DNA of 32,000 nt, taken from NCBI RefSeq assembly GCF_000803625.1, contig NZ_CP007496.1, positions 150,001 through 182,000 of the forward strand, read 5' to 3'. Origin of the DNA: Candidatus Nanosynbacter lyticus (GTDB lineage Bacteria > Patescibacteriota > Saccharimonadia > Saccharimonadales > Saccharimonadaceae). The notes below the pieces were generated by a model. That model saw nothing but the letters and a program-made list of their open reading frames with translations. It was not told where the DNA came from and searched no databases. Position numbers and translations under genes: made by a program. This document shows, piece after piece, positions 8,478 to 17,596 of the stretch. Numbering within the stretch: the first letter of the stretch is position 1; each line of letters opens with the position of its first letter.

Positions 8478-8486
8478 TGCTATAAT
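8478..8486 (+). promoter_or_regulatory. Extended -10 promoter TGC-TATAAT for parAB
   Basis: TGCTATAAT 8478-8486, 24 nt upstream of ATG 8511. Confidence 0.7.
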
Positions 8487-8510
8487 TAGGGCAGGTAAAA
8501 AGGGGAACGA

Positions 8511-9275
8511 ATGACAAAAATCATTGCGGTGACAAATCAAAAAGGTGGCGTCGGCAAAACAACGACGTCAATTAACGTAGCATATTTTTTGGCAAAGGCT
8601 GGAAAAAAAACATTGTTGGTGGATTTTGATCCGCAGGGCAACGCAACCAGCGGTCTGGGGGTTGATAAGCAGAATCTGGGCGCAACGATATCTGAGGTGA
8701 TTATGCGACAAATTGATTTGGCGAATATTGTCCTGCCGACCGAATATAAAAATCTGTCGATTGCACCAGCCACGCCTCACCTGGCAAATACAGAAGTTGA
8801 ACTAGCCCAGGCGGAAGGCAGGTTTATTCGTTTGCGTGAGGCGTTAAAAAAAGCAACAGACTATGATTATATCATTATTGATAGCCCGCCGAGTCTGAGC
8901 TTGTTGACCGTTAATGGCATGATTGCCGCTAATTATGTACTGCTGCCAGTTCAGGCGGAATTTTATGCGCTGGAGGGATTGGGGCAACTACTTGAAAGTA
9001 TGAAATTGATAAAGAAGGGGCTTAATCCACCTTTGGAATTATTGGGTGTTTTGCTGACGATGATGGATTCTAGAACTACATTGTCTGGGCAAGTTCATGC
9101 GGAAATTAAGAAGTATTTTCCGGATAAAATTTTTAAGAATAACATTCCACGAAATATTCGCTTGGCAGAGGCACCTAGTCACGGCGCGCCAGTTGGCGCC
9201 TATGATCGATTTTCAAAGGGCTCTCGCGCCTATAAAGCATTAACGAAGGAAATTATAGAGAGGGTGGAGCGATGA
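8511..9275 (+). CDS. parA: Chromosome-partitioning ATPase ParA/Soj
   Basis: TNQKGGVGKTTTSINVAYFLAKAGKKTLLVDFDPQGNATSGLG deviant Walker A; IIDSPPSLSLLT. Confidence 0.95.
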   Translation: MTKIIAVTNQKGGVGKTTTSINVAYFLAKAGKKTLLVDFDPQGNATSGLGVDKQNLGATISEVIMRQIDLANIVLPTEYKNLSIAPATPHLANTEVELAQAEGRFIRLREALKKATDYDYIIIDSPPSLSLLTVNGMIAANYVLLPVQAEFYALEGLGQLLESMKLIKKGLNPPLELLGVLLTMMDSRTTLSGQVHAEIKKYFPDKIFKNNIPRNIRLAEAPSHGAPVGAYDRFSKGSRAYKALTKEIIERVER

Positions 9276-10150
9276 AAAAAGGTTTAGGTAGGGGTTTCGA
9301 GTCGTTGATCCCAACTAATTTGATTGATGAAACATTTGATCCGACAGCGCAACAGGATGAAAAAGTGTCGCGCTTGAGAGATATTGCAATTGATAGAGTT
9401 GTTCCAGATCCAGATCAGCCGCGTCGCTTTTTTGATGAGGCCGCCCTGAATGAGCTGGCAGAGTCGGTGCGTGAGCACGGTGTGGTCCAGCCAATTGTGG
9501 TGACGCCAAAGGGCGATAAATATTTGATTGTGGCGGGAGAAAGGCGCTGGCGTGCTGCTAATAAGGCTGGATTAACAGAAGTGCCTTGTATTGTTAGGAG
9601 CATGAACGACCAGAATCGTTTGGAGATTTCTTTGATTGAGAATTTGCAGCGGCACGATTTGAATGCGTTGGAGACAGCTACAGCCTATCAGAAACTACGT
9701 GACCAGTTTAATATGACTTTAGAGGAGATTGGTAAGCGTTTAGGTGGTAAGTCCATTAGCGCCGTCAGTAATACGCTGAGACTACTGAAATTGCCAAAGT
9801 CTGTACAGAAAGCACTGTTTGAGGGAAGGCTGAATGAGGGCCAGGCTAGGCCGCTTATTGGTCTACCTGAAGAAGCGGCGGAAGATATTATGGAGCGGGC
9901 GATTCGTGAAGAATGGTCGGCGCGTCGGGTTGAGCAGGTGGTGACGCTGTGGAAGCAGGCTAAGGATAGTCCAATTGAGAATAAACGTCGTCCGGCGGAT
10001 ATGCCGCATGCGGACGTGGTGGCGAGCCTATCTAAGAGGTTTGGCACAGGTGTGAAGATCCGTACTAACGGGCGTGGAGCGGGTCAGATTAGTATCAAAT
10101 TTAAGGATGGTCTTGAGTTTGAGCGAATACGAGAATTGCTTGAAAGATAG
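9272..10150 (+). CDS. parB: Chromosome-partitioning protein ParB
   Basis: PDPDQPRRFFDEAALNELAESVREHGVVQPIVV, GERRWRAANKAGLTEVPCIVR, RLLKLPKSVQKAL; ATGA overlap with parA. Confidence 0.96.
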   Translation: MKKGLGRGFESLIPTNLIDETFDPTAQQDEKVSRLRDIAIDRVVPDPDQPRRFFDEAALNELAESVREHGVVQPIVVTPKGDKYLIVAGERRWRAANKAGLTEVPCIVRSMNDQNRLEISLIENLQRHDLNALETATAYQKLRDQFNMTLEEIGKRLGGKSISAVSNTLRLLKLPKSVQKALFEGRLNEGQARPLIGLPEEAAEDIMERAIREEWSARRVEQVVTLWKQAKDSPIENKRRPADMPHADVVASLSKRFGTGVKIRTNGRGAGQISIKFKDGLEFERIRELLER

Positions 10151-10161
10151 TTTTATTGGTA

Positions 10162-10767
10162 TTAGAAAGAGCGAATTTTATTGAAGGGGAATATCCGCAA
10201 ACTAACGGGACCAACTATGTCGTATAGAGGTATTGGTCCCATGCAGTTTCGGGAGTCGCATGAATAGCTACCTTGTCGGTGGTCGCCCATAACGAACACG
10301 GTGCCATCGGGCACGGTTGAATCAACATCGCCAGAAGTTGGTTGACCTGGCTCATTTTTATTAACAGAGGTGTCTGGATTGAAGCCATTAGGGTTTTCTT
10401 TATTGTAGACTGTCACGGTACCGTTTTTAACTGTTACTCTTTCTCCGGCAAATGCTATAATTCGCTTAACAATGTATTCATCCTTACCGGTTGAGGCGTT
10501 AAAATTAGGGTTCTTAAAAACAATAATCTCACCGCGCTTGGGAATGTAGTTCTTATTCTGTAATTTTGAAGATGTAACTGGCAAGCGATTGACGATTAAC
10601 CGGTCACCGGTATACATGGTAGTTTCCATACTGGCGCCTTCGACGTTAAATGTTTGAAACACAAATGTGTTCAATAAAATAGTGCCAATCACCACTCCTA
10701 CAACGAAAATGACCATTCCCAGGCCATCTTGTAACTTTGGATGACGATCCATAAAAGTAGCGTCCAT
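10162..10767 (-). CDS. lepB: Signal peptidase I (start revised from 10818 to ATG at 10767)
   Basis: NVEGASMETTMYTGDRLIVNRL (catalytic Ser), EYIVKRIIAFAGERV (catalytic Lys), FVMGDHRQGSYSCDSRNCMGPI. TATAAT on the minus strand ends 8 nt before this ATG. Confidence 0.92.
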   Translation of the reverse strand: MDATFMDRHPKLQDGLGMVIFVVGVVIGTILLNTFVFQTFNVEGASMETTMYTGDRLIVNRLPVTSSKLQNKNYIPKRGEIIVFKNPNFNASTGKDEYIVKRIIAFAGERVTVKNGTVTVYNKENPNGFNPDTSVNKNEPGQPTSGDVDSTVPDGTVFVMGDHRQGSYSCDSRNCMGPIPLYDIVGPVSLRIFPFNKIRSF

Positions 10768-10774
10768 TGCTTTA

Positions 10775-10803
10775 ATTATAAGCGTTTCGTGTGCTATAAT
10801 CAA
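10775..10803 (-). promoter_or_regulatory. lepB promoter, near-leaderless
   Basis: Minus strand TTGATT (10803-10798)-N17-TATAAT (10780-10775); predicted TSS about 10768, ATG at 10767. Confidence 0.7.
10792..10800 (+). promoter_or_regulatory. Extended -10 promoter TGC-TATAAT for the LCP gene
   Basis: TGCTATAAT 10792-10800; ATG at 10809. Confidence 0.7.
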
Positions 10804-10808
10804 TAGAT

Positions 10809-12455
10809 ATGAAATCACGCAAACAGTCGATGGACGGTTTTGTCACCGGACGACCGCAGCGAGCTTCGTTGGGGGAAATTTCTAGTAAGAAAACGACCAC
10901 AATCGGGCGTGTTAGTGATACCCAGGACAAGCCACGTGCTTTGAGTAATATTCAAGGTAATGTTCAACGTCCAGCTTCTACTGCCAATAAATTAAAGCAG
11001 AATATTAGCGAATCATTGGCAGCTATTGATGAGAGCGCCAAGCCATCACATCGACAGGAGCGGAAGCAAAAACGTAAGAAAAAGCTTATCGTGAGGGTTA
11101 TTCTTGCGATTATTGGGATTATAATAGCGATTGTTGCTGGCTGGTTACTCTTGAAGATATGGCAAACAATGCACAGTGTATTTGGTAATGGTAATATCTT
11201 CGATTTATTCTCGCAGCAGAAATTAAAAGAGGATTCTTATGGACGAAGTAATGTGCTGATTCTCGGTACAACTGATGACGATCCAGATCATCCGGGTGCA
11301 ACACTCACTGACTCGATGATGGTCCTTAGTGTTAATCAGACGAAAAAGGATGCTTACATGTTTAGTATTCCACGGGACCTATACGTTAAGTTTGGCATGG
11401 CATGTAATTCCGGCTATGCTGGTAAAATTAACGAATATTTTGGCTGTGTAAATAATGGCAATAGTCCGGAGGCCGAGACTGAGCGGATGGACAAAACAAA
11501 GAAATTCATCGGCGATATTTTTGGTATGGATATTCAATATGTGGCACATATCAATACAGCAGTGATTCGTGACGCGGTTAATGCGGTTGGTGGCGTTACG
11601 GTCAATGTGCAGAGTCGCGATCCGCGAGGAATTCTCGATCCAAGCATGGACTGGATGTGCCGTGCTAGGGAATTAAATGCTCAGCAGCGTCGAGCGCGTT
11701 GCCCAACTGGACATTACATGCAGCTGACTAATGGTAGTCATGAGATGGACGGTGAAAAGGCTATGTGGTTCTCTAGGGCTCGTGGACTGGTCGCACCGAC
11801 ATACGGCCTGGAACAGTCTAACTTTGACCGTGAGAAGAACCAGCAGTTGGTATTGATGGCTCTTAAGAGTAAGGCAACCTCTACTGGTACTTTAACAAAC
11901 TTTGGTAAAGTGACTTCACTAATGGATGCTATGGGTAAGAATTTGCGTACCAATATAGATACGAAAGAGATTCGGACTATTATGAACCTGGCGTCAGAAA
12001 TCAAGGAATCCGATATTCATCGGTTGAGCTTTGTGGAGTCAGACAATACATTGATGACAACTGGTACAGCAGGTGGTGCAAGTATAGTTCAACCAGCCGC
12101 AGGACTGTATGATTATAGCGATATTCGTGCTTATATAAAGTCAGAAATTTACTCCACGCCGCTATCCAAGGAAAAGGCAACGGTTGCTGTCTTGAACGGT
12201 AGCGGCATAAGTGGCGCTGCGCAGAAAGAGGCGGATAGACTGTCGGAGTTAGGTCTAAAAGTAGTTCATGTTGGCAACGCCCCGGGCAACGAGAAGTCGA
12301 CAAAAACTCGCGTCTATCAATTGCCAGCCGGTAAAGAAAAATCTGCTACAAAATCGAAGTTTGAGGAAATGTATGGTTCAGTTTCGTCTGACTCTCCAAA
12401 ATATAACCTAAGCGTTGACGCCCAGTTTATCGTTGTGGTGGGATCTGGATCATAG
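10809..12455 (+). CDS. LytR-CpsA-Psr (LCP) family glycopolymer transferase with LytR C-terminal domain
   Basis: VLILGTTDDDPDHPGATLTDSMMVLSVNQTKKDAYMFSIPRDLYV; R-rich core MWFSRARG; C-terminal VAVLNGSGISGAAQKEADRLSELGLKVVHVGNA. Confidence 0.93.
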   Translation: MKSRKQSMDGFVTGRPQRASLGEISSKKTTTIGRVSDTQDKPRALSNIQGNVQRPASTANKLKQNISESLAAIDESAKPSHRQERKQKRKKKLIVRVILAIIGIIIAIVAGWLLLKIWQTMHSVFGNGNIFDLFSQQKLKEDSYGRSNVLILGTTDDDPDHPGATLTDSMMVLSVNQTKKDAYMFSIPRDLYVKFGMACNSGYAGKINEYFGCVNNGNSPEAETERMDKTKKFIGDIFGMDIQYVAHINTAVIRDAVNAVGGVTVNVQSRDPRGILDPSMDWMCRARELNAQQRRARCPTGHYMQLTNGSHEMDGEKAMWFSRARGLVAPTYGLEQSNFDREKNQQLVLMALKSKATSTGTLTNFGKVTSLMDAMGKNLRTNIDTKEIRTIMNLASEIKESDIHRLSFVESDNTLMTTGTAGGASIVQPAAGLYDYSDIRAYIKSEIYSTPLSKEKATVAVLNGSGISGAAQKEADRLSELGLKVVHVGNAPGNEKSTKTRVYQLPAGKEKSATKSKFEEMYGSVSSDSPKYNLSVDAQFIVVVGSGS

Positions 12456-12457
12456 TT

Positions 12458-12466
12458 TGGTATAAT
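12458..12466 (+). promoter_or_regulatory. Extended -10 promoter TGG-TATAAT, 10 nt before ATG
   Basis: TGGTATAAT 12458-12466, ATG 12477; predicted 5'UTR about 4 nt. Confidence 0.65.
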
Positions 12467-12476
12467 AGAAGGAGTT

Positions 12477-13241
12477 ATGGAGTTACTAAAAACAGTTAAA
12501 CGCAGGACATTTTGGAGTGAACTGGTTTACTATGTCTTAAATATTGGCTTAGCGGCGGTACTATTTGCTATTGCCCAGACTATTCAGTCGCCATATCCAG
12601 CATTAGCGCTTGTTGTGCTGAGTAAATGGCGCATAATCGCCGTACGGCCACGTTTTTGGTGGGCAAACATGCAGGCTAATTTGGTTGATTTAACTGTTGG
12701 TGTCGGCGTGGTTGGCTTGATGTATTTATCTACGTCAAGTTTATATTTCCGAGCTTTCTTAGCGGTACTCTACGCTATTTGGCTGATTGTAATTAAGCCA
12801 ATGTCGAAGCGTTGGCAAGTGGCTTTGCAGTCAGCTATCGCTATTTTTATTGGGGTTACCGCACTAATGGCCGTATCTTATGATTGGCCAGTTTCTGTGG
12901 TCGTTTTCCTAATGTTCTTAATCGGCTATAGTACGGCACGTCATTTCCTACACAGCTACGACGAGAGACAAACTGTACTATTGTCTGCAATTTGGGGGGT
13001 CGTCTTTGCTGAATTAGGCTGGTTGGCTTATCATTGGGCGTTTGTCTACGGTGGTTTGTTATTCGGTGGTGTTCCGCAAATTACCATAATTTTGCTGTTG
13101 CTATCGCTCGTTACCAGCAAGGCTTATCAGTCGTATAAAAAGCATAAAATTGTTCGTTTTTCAGATATATCCGGGCCGGTAATCCTTACAATTGCTATTA
13201 TATTCGTGATGTTTGCGTTTCTCAATTCGGTGACTATTTAA
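12477..13241 (+). CDS. Polytopic membrane protein, FUSC/aromatic-exporter-like
   Basis: About seven hydrophobic segments; VRPRFWWANMQANLVDLTVGVGVV resembles FUSC-type membrane modules. Confidence 0.6.
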   Translation: MELLKTVKRRTFWSELVYYVLNIGLAAVLFAIAQTIQSPYPALALVVLSKWRIIAVRPRFWWANMQANLVDLTVGVGVVGLMYLSTSSLYFRAFLAVLYAIWLIVIKPMSKRWQVALQSAIAIFIGVTALMAVSYDWPVSVVVFLMFLIGYSTARHFLHSYDERQTVLLSAIWGVVFAELGWLAYHWAFVYGGLLFGGVPQITIILLLLSLVTSKAYQSYKKHKIVRFSDISGPVILTIAIIFVMFAFLNSVTI

Positions 13242-13261
13242 TTGATAGGGGGTGAAAATAT

Positions 13262-14377
13262 ATGCAAAATTCTGGCAAACAGAAGAGATTAGCCTTATGG
13301 TTGGTTGGTGGTGTGGTGGGCGCTGCCACACTGGTTAGCATAATATTCTTAACGAGTTGGATAACGCTTCAGCTGGCTAATCGTCTATCTCAAGACGTAA
13401 AGCATGACGGTAATTCAATAACAGTAAGCGATGGCGACGTCTCAAAAGTTGTTGATAAAGTTTCACCTAGTGTCGTTTCTATAGTTGTCTCTAGTGAGGA
13501 TTCTGAGAAGATGGGCGCCGGGACTGGCGTTATTATTAGCGCTGATGGTTATGTTTTGACAAATAAGCATGTTGTTAAAAATTCTCAAAAAATTAGAGTA
13601 GTTACACATAATGGAGACCAATTTACCGACGTTTCATTGGTCGGTGTCGATCCACTTAATGACATTGCGTTTTTAAAAATCAAAGATGCTAAGAAGCTGC
13701 CAGTGGCAGAGCTTGGTAATTCTGGCACGGTAAAAGTTGGGCAAAAAGTTGTTGCTATCGGGAATTCTCTGGGGCAATATCAGAATACTGTGTCCAGCGG
13801 TATAATTTCCGGTAAAGGACGACCAGTTGTAGCAAGTTCTGACTCTAGGGGTTCTAAAACAGAAAGCTTAACTGACCTGTTGCAGACTGACGCGCCGATT
13901 AACCTTGGCAATTCTGGTGGGCCACTTATTAATATGGCAGGACAGGTGATTGGCATCAACACAGCTATCGCCTCTGACGCACAAAGCATCGGTTTTGCTA
14001 TTCCAATTAACGCCGTAAAAGGTATGGTGAGAGGCGTTATAAGCGGCAAGGGTGTCCAGAAGGCTTATCTGGGCGTCCGCTACGCATCTATTACGCCAGA
14101 CATTCAGTCAGAATATAAGCTGCCGGTAAAGTCTGGCGCTTACATCAATGGAGGGTCGGAGTCCACTATAGAAAAAGATGGTCCAGCCGATAAAGCTGGT
14201 ATAAAAAGTGGTGACATCATCACTAAGATTAATGATAAAAATGTTGGTGAGGACGGTAGTTTATCGACTTTAGTGTCTGAGTTTTTGCCGGGAGAGACAG
14301 TTAAGGTTACGGTTTTGCGCAATAATAAAGAGCTGGTTTTAGATTTGGTTTTGGGTACATATGAGCCGCAGAGCTAG
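13262..14377 (+). CDS. htrA: Membrane-anchored HtrA/DegP-like serine protease with PDZ domain
   Basis: N-terminal TM; GVIISADGYVLTNKHVV (His), DPLNDIAFLKI (Asp), TDAPINLGNSGGPLI (Ser); PDZ DGPADKAGIKSGDIITKINDKNV. Confidence 0.95.
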   Translation: MQNSGKQKRLALWLVGGVVGAATLVSIIFLTSWITLQLANRLSQDVKHDGNSITVSDGDVSKVVDKVSPSVVSIVVSSEDSEKMGAGTGVIISADGYVLTNKHVVKNSQKIRVVTHNGDQFTDVSLVGVDPLNDIAFLKIKDAKKLPVAELGNSGTVKVGQKVVAIGNSLGQYQNTVSSGIISGKGRPVVASSDSRGSKTESLTDLLQTDAPINLGNSGGPLINMAGQVIGINTAIASDAQSIGFAIPINAVKGMVRGVISGKGVQKAYLGVRYASITPDIQSEYKLPVKSGAYINGGSESTIEKDGPADKAGIKSGDIITKINDKNVGEDGSLSTLVSEFLPGETVKVTVLRNNKELVLDLVLGTYEPQS

Positions 14378-15169
14378 AATATAGTTAAGCCTTTTTTCTT
14401 CTTTGAATCCGTTTTTTATAGCAGTATCGATAATTCTACTATGTTGGCAGGGGTCGGCCTCAATGAATAGTAGTCCATTTGAAGTGAGACACCGTGACGC
14501 CTGTGATATTAATTCTAAGATTAGTTTAAGTCCTTCATCCTCAGCAAAGAGGGCAATTTCTGGCTCGTATTTGAGCTCTGGTGAAACGTCCCAATCCTTA
14601 TCAACATAGGGTAGATTAGCAAAAATATAGTCAACTGGTCTAATTTGCCCATTAAGTAAAGACTGCTGCTGAATTGTGACGTCTGCTTTCAGTGTGTCGG
14701 CGTTTTTTTCGGCAATTTTCAGAGCTGGTTTGCTAACATCGGACAAAATAACAGACAGGTTATTCCTCTCTAGTTTGGCGATTATTCCCAGACAACCAGA
14801 ACCAGTACCTACGTCAATGAGGGTTTTTTCAGTAATTTCACTAGCGGTCAATTCTAAGAATAAAGAAATCAAATCTTCGGACTCTGGGCGGGGAATTAGA
14901 ACTGATGGCGATACGGTAAATCTGCGGCCATAAAATTCTTTGTAGCCCAGAATATAAGCGATTGGTACGCGGTCTAATCTTAAATCTAATCTGGCATTGG
15001 CGATGTCAAATTTTCTGGGGTCAATTTCTTCATCCAGGTAAGCGTGTAGGTAAGTGCGGTTTTTCCGCAAAGTGTTGGCTAATATTAATTCAGCGTCTAA
15101 TCTGGCGGACGAAATTCCAATATTTTTCAGGGATTTGGTCGCTGTTTTTAACCAGTCAGAGATAATCAT
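14339..15169 (-). CDS. prmC: Release-factor glutamine methyltransferase PrmC
   Basis: RVPIAYILGYKEFYGRRFTVSPSVLIPRPESEDLI, LIDVGTGSGCLGIIAK, ANLPYV (variant of NPPY), LFIEADPCQ. Located near prfA. Confidence 0.9.
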   Translation of the reverse strand: MIISDWLKTATKSLKNIGISSARLDAELILANTLRKNRTYLHAYLDEEIDPRKFDIANARLDLRLDRVPIAYILGYKEFYGRRFTVSPSVLIPRPESEDLISLFLELTASEITEKTLIDVGTGSGCLGIIAKLERNNLSVILSDVSKPALKIAEKNADTLKADVTIQQQSLLNGQIRPVDYIFANLPYVDKDWDVSPELKYEPEIALFAEDEGLKLILELISQASRCLTSNGLLFIEADPCQHSRIIDTAIKNGFKEEKRLNYILALRLICTQNQI

Positions 15170-15176
15170 ATAGTTA

Positions 15177-15185
15177 ATTATAACA
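15177..15185 (-). promoter_or_regulatory. Extended -10 promoter for prmC, near-leaderless
   Basis: Minus strand TGT-TATAAT (15185-15177), predicted TSS about 15170, ATG at 15169. Confidence 0.65.
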
Positions 15186-15247
15186 TATATCTATGGAATG
15201 TAAAAAGTGAAAGTACTTGCAAAATTACAGCAAGATTGTAGAAGATA

Positions 15248-15276
15248 TTGACAAATAAAGCCAAAGATAGTATTAT
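15248..15276 (+). promoter_or_regulatory. Near-consensus promoter for the 15322 gene
   Basis: TTGACA (15248-15253)-N17-TATTAT (15271-15276). Confidence 0.75.
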
Positions 15277-15321
15277 ATTGTTTATATTATTAAGCAAAAG
15301 AAATGGACGATATTAAATAGT

Positions 15322-15663
15322 ATGGTAGAAAGAAAGTATGAACTTCCCACCACCAGTAATGTGATTATGGGAATAGGCCTTGGTCTGGGGAGTGATGGAG
15401 GTGGAATAAGGCCTATGGATACAATAACCGAAGGGACAGCAACAGAGAGCGATACTGAAAGGTTGTTGAGCCGGTGGGAAGAGGCGCGTAGAAATATGAC
15501 TCCTGAAGAACAGAGAACTGCTAATGAAGCTGCTATCCGGGCTCTATATGAAAAGTATATGAAGCGTGCAGGTAATGAATCTTTGAGTCCGGAGCATCGA
15601 GAAAAATGGGATAAGGCTGCACGTGATCTAGAAGATAAATATACAGATTTATTTAATGATTAG
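15322..15663 (+). CDS. Hypothetical acidic protein, 113 aa
   Basis: Open frame with a near-consensus promoter upstream; [35 protein letters not shown] helical region; no family recognised. Confidence 0.65.
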   Translation: MVERKYELPTTSNVIMGIGLGLGSDGGGIRPMDTITEGTATESDTERLLSRWEEARRNMTPEEQRTANEAAIRALYEKYMKRAGNESLSPEHREKWDKAARDLEDKYTDLFND

Positions 15664-16723
15664 CGTTCTTCGCTTTTAATTCACGCTCATATCTCTGTAG
15701 ATTCTCAATCAAATCGTCGATATCCCCGTTCATTGCAGCGGGGATATTGCTGCGGCTGTAGTGAATGCGGTGGTCGGTAATGCGATCTTGTGGGAAGTTG
15801 TAGGTGCGAATCTTCTCTGAGCGGTCGCCAGTTCCAACCAGAGAGCGACGCTCGGCGGTTAATTTTGCGTTTTCCTCATCAATTTTCATTTGTAATAGGC
15901 GTGAACGTAGCACACTGAGTGCTTTTTCCTTGTTTTTAATCTGAGATTTCTCGTCTTGGTTGGTAACGACAATACCGGTCGGCAGGTGGGTGATACGCAC
16001 TGCTGAGTCGGTGGTGTTGACGCTCTGACCACCATGTCCGCCTGAGCGGAATACGTCGACCCGGAGGTCGTTCGCATTTATCTCGACATCAGCCTCTTCA
16101 GCTTCTGGCAATACCGCAACCGTGGCGGTTGAAGTGTGAACTCGTCCTTGACTTTCGGTAACTGGCACACGTTGGACTCGATGTACGCCGCCCTCAAATT
16201 TTAATTGAGCGTATGGTGAGTCTCCCTTAATACTAAAGATTACTTCTTTATAGCCGCCAGAATCGTTGGGTGATTGGTCGATCAGTTTAGTTCGGTAATT
16301 GTGTGCCTCGCACCAGCGTAAATACATGCGGTATAGTTCCGCCGCGAATAATGACGCTTCGTCGCCGCCTGCACCGGCACGTATTTCCATGATGATATTT
16401 TTTTCGTCGTTAGGGTCTTTGGGGGTGAGTAGGATAAACAACTCTTCTTCAAGTTCTGCCAACCTCGCTTCGGTTTCAGCAATTTCCACTTTTGCTAGTT
16501 CTGCCAATTCATCACCGCCAGTAGCGAGTTCTTTGGCTTCCGCTAAATTGCTAGTTAACTGCTGACGCTCAGTTGCTTTTGCAATCAAGGTTTCCAACTC
16601 TGAAAATCGCTTATTTTTTGCTGTAAAATCTGGTGCATTATAAGCGTCTGGTCGTGCTAAAAAATCGCCCAGCTCGGATCGCTCAGCGTTTAATGCTTCT
16701 ATATCTAGTGCGATTTTAGTCAT
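15653..16723 (-). CDS. prfA: Peptide chain release factor 1
   Basis: [63 protein letters not shown] (GGQ, PVT). Confidence 0.97.
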   Translation of the reverse strand: MTKIALDIEALNAERSELGDFLARPDAYNAPDFTAKNKRFSELETLIAKATERQQLTSNLAEAKELATGGDELAELAKVEIAETEARLAELEEELFILLTPKDPNDEKNIIMEIRAGAGGDEASLFAAELYRMYLRWCEAHNYRTKLIDQSPNDSGGYKEVIFSIKGDSPYAQLKFEGGVHRVQRVPVTESQGRVHTSTATVAVLPEAEEADVEINANDLRVDVFRSGGHGGQSVNTTDSAVRITHLPTGIVVTNQDEKSQIKNKEKALSVLRSRLLQMKIDEENAKLTAERRSLVGTGDRSEKIRTYNFPQDRITDHRIHYSRSNIPAAMNGDIDDLIENLQRYERELKAKNANH

Positions 16724-16731
16724 ACTATAAA

Positions 16732-16740
16732 ATTATACCA
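16732..16740 (-). promoter_or_regulatory. Extended -10 promoter for prfA, near-leaderless
   Basis: Minus strand TGG-TATAAT (16740-16732), ATG at 16723, predicted 5'UTR about 2 nt. Confidence 0.65.
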
Positions 16741-16808
16741 CAGGCAAGCTGACTTATGTGCTGCAAAGATGTGCGGAGATTGTGATATATTATGTCGTGG
16801 CGTAACGA

Positions 16809-16837
16809 TTGTCACGTTGGACTAGCCGTGCTTTAAT
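16809..16837 (+). promoter_or_regulatory. ung promoter, leaderless architecture
   Basis: TTGTCA (16809-16814)-N17 ending TGC-TTTAAT (16832-16837), then 6 nt to ATG 16844, so the predicted +1 is the A of ATG. Confidence 0.75.
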
Positions 16838-16843
16838 GAGAGT

Positions 16844-17506
16844 ATGAAGTTTGCAACCTGGCGTGAGTTTGTTGAGGATCAGGCTGAACAGCCTTATTTT
16901 CGGGCGTTGATGAATCGGGTTGATGCGGAGCGTGAGAGATTTGATATTTATCCGCCACGTCAGGATATGTTTTCATGTTTCGCGGCTTGCTCGCTGGACA
17001 GAGTGAAAGTGGTAATCATTGGGCAAGACCCGTATCACGGGCCAGGGCAGGCGCATGGTATGAGTTTTTCGGTGCGTCCTAGCGTGAAATTGCCACCAAG
17101 TTTGCAAAATATATTCAAAGAGCTTGTGGATAATATCGGCGGTGATATGCCGACTAGTGGTTTTTTGGAACCGTGGGGCAAGCAGGGCGTGCTGATGATG
17201 AACACTAGTTGGAGCGTTCGTCGTGGCCAGGCGGGTAGTCATGCCGGATATGGTTGGATGGAATTTTCCGAAAATTTACTAAAAATGCTTAATAATTATG
17301 ATCAGCCGCTAGTATTTATCCTTTGGGGTGCGCACGCTCAAAAAGTTGGACAGGCGATTACTAATCCGAAACATTTGAAAATATCTAGTGCGCATCCGTC
17401 GCCGTTTTCGGCGCATCGAGGGTTCTTTGGTAGTCGGCCGTTCTCGCGTGCTAATGATTTTCTGGTGCAACAGGGTCGCGAGGCAATTGACTGGCAGCTG
17501 CCTTGA
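16844..17506 (+). CDS. ung: Uracil-DNA glycosylase
   Basis: VVIIGQDPYHGPGQAHGMSFSV, GVLMMNTSWSVRRGQAGSH, HPSPFSAHRGFFGSRPFSRAN. Confidence 0.97.
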   Translation: MKFATWREFVEDQAEQPYFRALMNRVDAERERFDIYPPRQDMFSCFAACSLDRVKVVIIGQDPYHGPGQAHGMSFSVRPSVKLPPSLQNIFKELVDNIGGDMPTSGFLEPWGKQGVLMMNTSWSVRRGQAGSHAGYGWMEFSENLLKMLNNYDQPLVFILWGAHAQKVGQAITNPKHLKISSAHPSPFSAHRGFFGSRPFSRANDFLVQQGREAIDWQLP

Positions 17507-17551
17507 TTGATGAAGGACAAGTTTTATGTGGTATTACGCTACTTATTAATA

Positions 17552-17580
17552 AAAAACCACCCAACTATTGGGTGGTTTTT
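17552..17580. terminator. Bidirectional terminator between convergent ung and rpmE2
   Basis: AAAAACCACCC (17552-17562)/GGGTGGTTTTT (17570-17580), loop AACTATT, perfect 11-bp stem. Confidence 0.92.
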
Positions 17581-17596
17581 AAAGCGCAATACCTTA

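Noticed and set aside
8511-10150. Looked for a parS site (TGTTTCACGTGAAACA-like) near parAB
   Set aside because: None seen by eye. The partial GTTTCAC at 18783 is not palindromic and lies in the rpsB leader.
15653-16723. Considered UGA recoding, as in some other CPR lineages (SR1/Gracilibacteria)
   Set aside because: All major genes read through conserved motifs and end normally under the standard code; no in-frame UGA was needed.
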